NCBI GenBank assembly: GCA_963799845.1
Contig: CAWCYI010000004.1
Span: 160,001-224,000 of the forward strand
Length of the DNA: 64,000 bases
Reading direction: 5' to 3'
Source of the DNA: an uncultured Nitrososphaerota archaeon
Lineage (GTDB): Archaea > Thermoproteota > Nitrososphaeria > Nitrososphaerales > CADDZS01
Under the pieces are notes generated by a model. That model ran no database searches, was not told where the DNA came from, and saw only the letters and a program-made list of their open reading frames with translations. Both the position numbers and the translations under genes were made by a program. Below are positions 59,881 through 64,000 of the stretch, one piece after another; the first letter of the stretch is position 1, and every line of letters begins with the position of its first letter.

Positions 59881-60998
59881 TATACGCCAAAGTTCCCATT
59901 CGCAAGGGGTTCGGAGTGCAGATAGATGAGAAATCACGCTACGAATCGTTAAAGAAACTCGAAGAATTAGGAATCGTTACACTCGGGGAAAGCACTTGGC
60001 AACCATGCAGTAACAAATCGTGTCCGAATTCAATTCGAGTAGACGATCTGTTCCGATCAGAACGTTGGACAGTATGTAACTCGTGTGGAAAGACCGTGGG
60101 GCTAACACACGATCTAACTAAAAAGTGGGAGATTAGCAAAGTAAACTTCGGTGGTATTGTCGATTTCTCGAAGAGTCTGGTTCAAGAAACTTTTCCGCAT
60201 GACGCAGTGAAATTTGACAAATCTTTGAATGCGTGGACAGTCACACAGAACGGAAAAATTGTACCTGTGTTCATTTCTCAAATTTCGTCCTATAACAAAT
60301 TCATGGATTACAAGTTTGACTCGGCATGGATATCCATTCTCTTAGATTGGGATATTGAGAGTAGCGCGCTGACCTATTACGATCAAGTCCATTTTCTCGA
60401 TTTTTGGGATTTAGTCAATAAGAAAGTCGGCTTGAAACAAATTGTCAAGGACATAGCTTCATCTTATGAAACAAATCCTTCGTTTGCAATTGAATCCAGA
60501 TTCATTACTTTCTTAAATTCGGTCAAGCCTGGTGAATTCGAAAAAGATTTCATAGATACATTTTTCGATCAAGTCAAACGTAACGAAAATATGTTGAGAG
60601 AGTTTCTTGGATTCCTCTCTCGAAGAAAGGAAACCATCCTCAACTCAAAAATCGTATCGGTTGGTGGCGCGGCAAATCCGGACTTTTACTCATTTGACCT
60701 CCTGGAATATTTGCAAGATGGATTCAAACCAAATAAAGTAGGGGAAGCAAAGAGATACAATCTTTCAGAATTTACCTACGATGATTTTTCGATACAATTC
60801 ACTCATGCCGATGGAGCGGATACATTATCCGTTGTGTCAACCAACGAGGTTAGTCCTTCGGTTTGGAGATTTGTTTGGGATCACAGCGATAACGGTAAGC
60901 GCTTTCATCACGTTGTTTTCGACCGTGATCTCATCATTATGCTAATGAATGTTCTTGGCATCGCGGATCAATGTTTTGCAACAACAAAAGTACTCTGA
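59877..60998 (+). CDS. Zinc-finger protein with possible C-terminal PD-(D/E)xK domain
   Basis: CSNKSC...CNSC; NPDF...GEAKRY. Confidence 0.6.
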   Translation: MIYAKVPIRKGFGVQIDEKSRYESLKKLEELGIVTLGESTWQPCSNKSCPNSIRVDDLFRSERWTVCNSCGKTVGLTHDLTKKWEISKVNFGGIVDFSKSLVQETFPHDAVKFDKSLNAWTVTQNGKIVPVFISQISSYNKFMDYKFDSAWISILLDWDIESSALTYYDQVHFLDFWDLVNKKVGLKQIVKDIASSYETNPSFAIESRFITFLNSVKPGEFEKDFIDTFFDQVKRNENMLREFLGFLSRRKETILNSKIVSVGGAANPDFYSFDLLEYLQDGFKPNKVGEAKRYNLSEFTYDDFSIQFTHADGADTLSVVSTNEVSPSVWRFVWDHSDNGKRFHHVVFDRDLIIMLMNVLGIADQCFATTKVL

Positions 60999-61272
60999 TA
61001 CTTTGCGCACAATGAGGAAGGATAATTGACACCTGCAGAATGAAGGAGCTATTAAATCGTAATTTCGCCAAGAATGTCCTGTACTACGAATAACGAAAAA
61101 GAAACCGGGGTGGATGACATTAAAGTACCTCACTCCAGACAATGGAATATTGTTGTACCAGGATCTCCAAAAACGTAGATCCCATTATACGGAATTCGAG
61201 ATTGATATTGTTCTTACTTAATCTTTCTTGTTTTGAACTTGTTTCGGGCTCCTAATGGTCAAGCGTCTATCG

Positions 61273-62253
61273 CTAATTCGGAGATGTTTGTGGGGATGTG
61301 GAGGGATTCTTTGAAGCCGTCACTTTTTCTCCGCAATAGGCTTTCAGGATAGTGAGGAGCTCCTGCAACATCGATGCTGTAATAATACGAGGGCTGAAAT
61401 CCCACATTCTAATGAAACCACTACCCCTCGAATCAAAATTGAAAATCTTGATCCATCCTGAAAGATATTTTGTGGAAAACTCCAACTCTGATTTCTTCTC
61501 TTCTTTCTCCAATTCTACTTCAAAATCACCGGCTTTCACAGAGGACGTACCCAAGAACTCGAAAAACCGTCGCAAGTGACCTTTTCGAACAAACGGCCTC
61601 ACTGAAGGTATTCCAATTCCTTCCACATGAGCGAGCTCAACAAAGTCTTGTCGATTAAGGATCTTATTGATAATTCTTGTTCTGTCCGATTCGATTTGCG
61701 AGGGGAATATTATAGGTCTGGAGCTCGCCCAAGGAGTTTTCAGTCCAAGTTTTGCACCTTGACTTGTTATTACTGACCTACTTGCAGCGATAATGGAAAC
61801 TGGAACGACTCCGAGAACTTCCAAGTAATGTATCGCGCCTTCTTTTGGATAGACAGCAACGAAACTACTGTTCTTTTGTTCTAGATGCCAATAAAATGGA
61901 ATATCCCCGATCCAAAGAACTGTCCCACCGTTATCAAGATATTGTCTGGCCAAGCAGTGAGACGACATATCATCAAAAACGCTCTGTGGAGCTCTATCTT
62001 GGGCGAAAACGACAATAGTCTTCTTTGCATCTCCTGAAGATATTTTGTCACGCATCCATTTTCCAAGATCAGAATTATTCTTTCTCTTGAATCCTCGCAT
62101 TTCAAAAAAGTTAGAAAGTCTCTCAGCATTTTCTAGAGTAATCCAGTTACCTCCAATCCAGTGCTTATCCGAGTCCAGGATCTCCTTATCGAAATAAACG
62201 ACGTTGAGATCACCTTCTACCGCAACATTGTGAGTCGCCACGTCGCTACTCAA
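61273..62253 (-). CDS. Hypothetical protein with possible GATase-like fold
   Basis: IVVFAQD...YLDNGGTVLWIGD. Confidence 0.55.
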   Translation of the reverse strand: MSSDVATHNVAVEGDLNVVYFDKEILDSDKHWIGGNWITLENAERLSNFFEMRGFKRKNNSDLGKWMRDKISSGDAKKTIVVFAQDRAPQSVFDDMSSHCLARQYLDNGGTVLWIGDIPFYWHLEQKNSSFVAVYPKEGAIHYLEVLGVVPVSIIAASRSVITSQGAKLGLKTPWASSRPIIFPSQIESDRTRIINKILNRQDFVELAHVEGIGIPSVRPFVRKGHLRRFFEFLGTSSVKAGDFEVELEKEEKKSELEFSTKYLSGWIKIFNFDSRGSGFIRMWDFSPRIITASMLQELLTILKAYCGEKVTASKNPSTSPQTSPN

Positions 62254-62435
62254 TTTTTCCCTTCTCTTTTTCCAACCTGCTCAAGCAAGGACTGAAGAAG
62301 TGAAAAAATTGAAATTGCAAATTCTCGCTCCTGATCCAGAGTTCACAAGTAAGAATTACAATAGACTCCGGAAGAACCACCGTACTGTTGGAGCTGGTTC
62401 TGGTTTAGTATGCCTAAAGAGAGTCAAGAAAGCCC

Positions 62436-63566
62436 ATGAATTCAACTGATTTGAGTTCTCCTTTCCAGGACTTGCCAGAAGCACTAGTCAATGACATGCT
62501 ATCGTATCATAAAGCTATAGGACGACAACTATCTGGGTCATTCGAGAAAATTCAGCACTCAAGGACTGACATAAGGAATTCACTCGATTCCTTTGGTCTT
62601 TTGAAGCATGATAGCGAGATAATCACATCATACAAGAATCCGACAACATGTGGTATCGATGGTGCGTTTGCAATCGAGAGACTGCTCTCAACTGATATTG
62701 CCGCAATGGCTGGAATAGCCGTTGAAGGTCTGACGCCTCCCACAGAGAAAAGATATTGGCCAGCGCCGCGTCATCGATCTAAAATAATACCGTGCAATCA
62801 TAACGAGGCCACATCTTGGGTAGTTAGAGCAATTATGATGGCGATGGAATTGGAACTCGCGGTGGAAGCTCCCCATGATGTTGTGTTTCTTGACGGCTCG
62901 CTGGCGACACCTCTGATACATTTCAATCAGGCATTCAGCCGGATAAACGAGGCGACAAGTGATCTATCGGCTATCTTGTTAGATAGAATAGGAGGAGCAC
63001 TAGATGCCTATAAGAAAATCCTCTCTTCATCAAGAAGTGACAAAATCTTTGTCGGTGTTCCAAAGTACACTGCCAGGAACGAAATTGCAACAAAGCTTGG
63101 ACTTGCAGGACACGAGGACAGGTCGTTGCTCTCCTTCGTTCTCCATGGAGGCGAAATGATAGGACCCTGCGCTATGCTACAATCCTCGGACTCTTGGCAT
63201 TTTGTTAGATTGCCTGACAACCTGATTGAATTGGGACGTGAACTAGTTTCCATGGTTAAGAATCTGAATATAATATACTACAGGCCATACGAATACTTTC
63301 CAACCCTTCGCGTCGAAGTCGCCTCTTCGATATCCAGCAATCAAAGCCGACTATCAATTCTCCTCGAATCTCTAAAATTACAATGTGGCTCCCCGGCGAT
63401 TATGGAACCGTATCCTTTGTACATGGCAGATAGAATGGTTAAGCACCTGGGAACTGCTCTTCCTGCATTGCGCAGGGCAACCACGCAGGAAATAGCGGCT
63501 TCGAATGAAGACACGGGTAGTGTTTACCTCGCCATGCACGGTTACAGAACCGACTCTGGAGCGTAG
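62436..63566 (+). CDS. NurA-domain nuclease
   Basis: CGIDGA, ELELA, VFLDGS, GVPK and EPYPLYMADRMVK. Confidence 0.85.
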   Translation: MNSTDLSSPFQDLPEALVNDMLSYHKAIGRQLSGSFEKIQHSRTDIRNSLDSFGLLKHDSEIITSYKNPTTCGIDGAFAIERLLSTDIAAMAGIAVEGLTPPTEKRYWPAPRHRSKIIPCNHNEATSWVVRAIMMAMELELAVEAPHDVVFLDGSLATPLIHFNQAFSRINEATSDLSAILLDRIGGALDAYKKILSSSRSDKIFVGVPKYTARNEIATKLGLAGHEDRSLLSFVLHGGEMIGPCAMLQSSDSWHFVRLPDNLIELGRELVSMVKNLNIIYYRPYEYFPTLRVEVASSISSNQSRLSILLESLKLQCGSPAIMEPYPLYMADRMVKHLGTALPALRRATTQEIAASNEDTGSVYLAMHGYRTDSGA

Positions 63567-63571
63567 CCGCT

Positions 63572-64000
63572 ATGGAAGAAGAAATGAAGATCTCCTTCGA
63601 CCGCGCCGAAAAGATAGGTGTTGTAGGATCTCCTTCTTCTACTCATAGTTTAGTGATAGATATTCTTGGAACTGCGGTGGATAGGAAACTTGTCGGGTCC
63701 CTTAGCATTTTCAACTACATTCAAGATGGAATAGAGCACTATGCCTTAGGGCAGATAACCGAGCTTTCAATGCGCAACGTTTGGAGCGAAGACCCGACCA
63801 TGCGCGGGTTAATTCGACAAAAGGGCAGAGTTGATCCGATAACGGGTCGACAAGACACTCACACGGCGAAGATGTTTGTCAGCTCTGTTTTCGGTAAAAA
63901 TTCCTCGCACTTTGAGCCAAGTATGTTAGGAACGGTGCCCTCCACCGGCACTTTCGTGAAACTAGTAGATCAGAAAGTTATGCATGATCTTCTTAGTGGA
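63572..64000 (+). CDS. HerA-like ATPase, N-terminal HAS barrel; truncated by the window end
   Basis: Open frame MEEEMK...IGVVGSPS...ALGQIT...TVPSTGTFV directly after NurA. Confidence 0.75.
   Translation, partial: MEEEMKISFDRAEKIGVVGSPSSTHSLVIDILGTAVDRKLVGSLSIFNYIQDGIEHYALGQITELSMRNVWSEDPTMRGLIRQKGRVDPITGRQDTHTAKMFVSSVFGKNSSHFEPSMLGTVPSTGTFVKLVDQKVMHDLLSG

Larger units (their letters stand above)
7561..64000. mobile_element. Integrated accessory island / putative giant casposon-like element starting at the tRNA-Pro 3' end; right boundary not seen
   Basis: Abrupt change from housekeeping genes to more AT-rich defence genes right after the tRNA; contains PolB plus solo Cas1; no housekeeping gene reappears. 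Confidence 0.65.

Overview
Archaeal DNA; the gene order at the left end looks like Nitrososphaerota/Thaumarchaeota (inference). Bases 1-7364 are housekeeping genes: a glycogen-debranching enzyme C-terminus, prs, Trm11-like methyltransferase, rnz, DUF54, a nucleotide kinase, thpR, cca and a Ser/Thr kinase. They end in a tRNA-Pro(GGG) gene with three BHB-type introns (7416-7567). From the tRNA 3' end to the window edge (>56 kb) is an accessory island with three parts. (i) A left defence block: hypothetical+PLD+SF2 helicase, an MBL hydrolase, a methyltransferase plus a QW-repeat/CHAT caspase-like fusion, a TrmB-AAA+ protein with tandem palindromic operators, a GHKL/HNH/PD-(D/E)xK/ATPase cluster and a Rad50-like operon without Mre11. 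(ii) A central casposon-like module: its own TFB, an XRE-CBS repressor with a divergent operon of small proteins, a protein-primed-type PolB, hidden frameshifted HExxH peptidase and endonuclease VII genes, and a solo Cas1 with a C-terminal HTH but no CRISPR array. (iii) A right defence block: UvrD-nuclease, two type III-like Mod genes, Res, two inverted IS630 copies and NurA-HerA. The best candidate for a new system is a very large, inducible casposon-like element at tRNA-Pro carrying defence cargo; its right end is not visible. Many single-base frameshifts, including one in cca, suggest assembly indel errors, so pseudogene calls are uncertain. All calls come from reading motifs by eye; no database searches were run.
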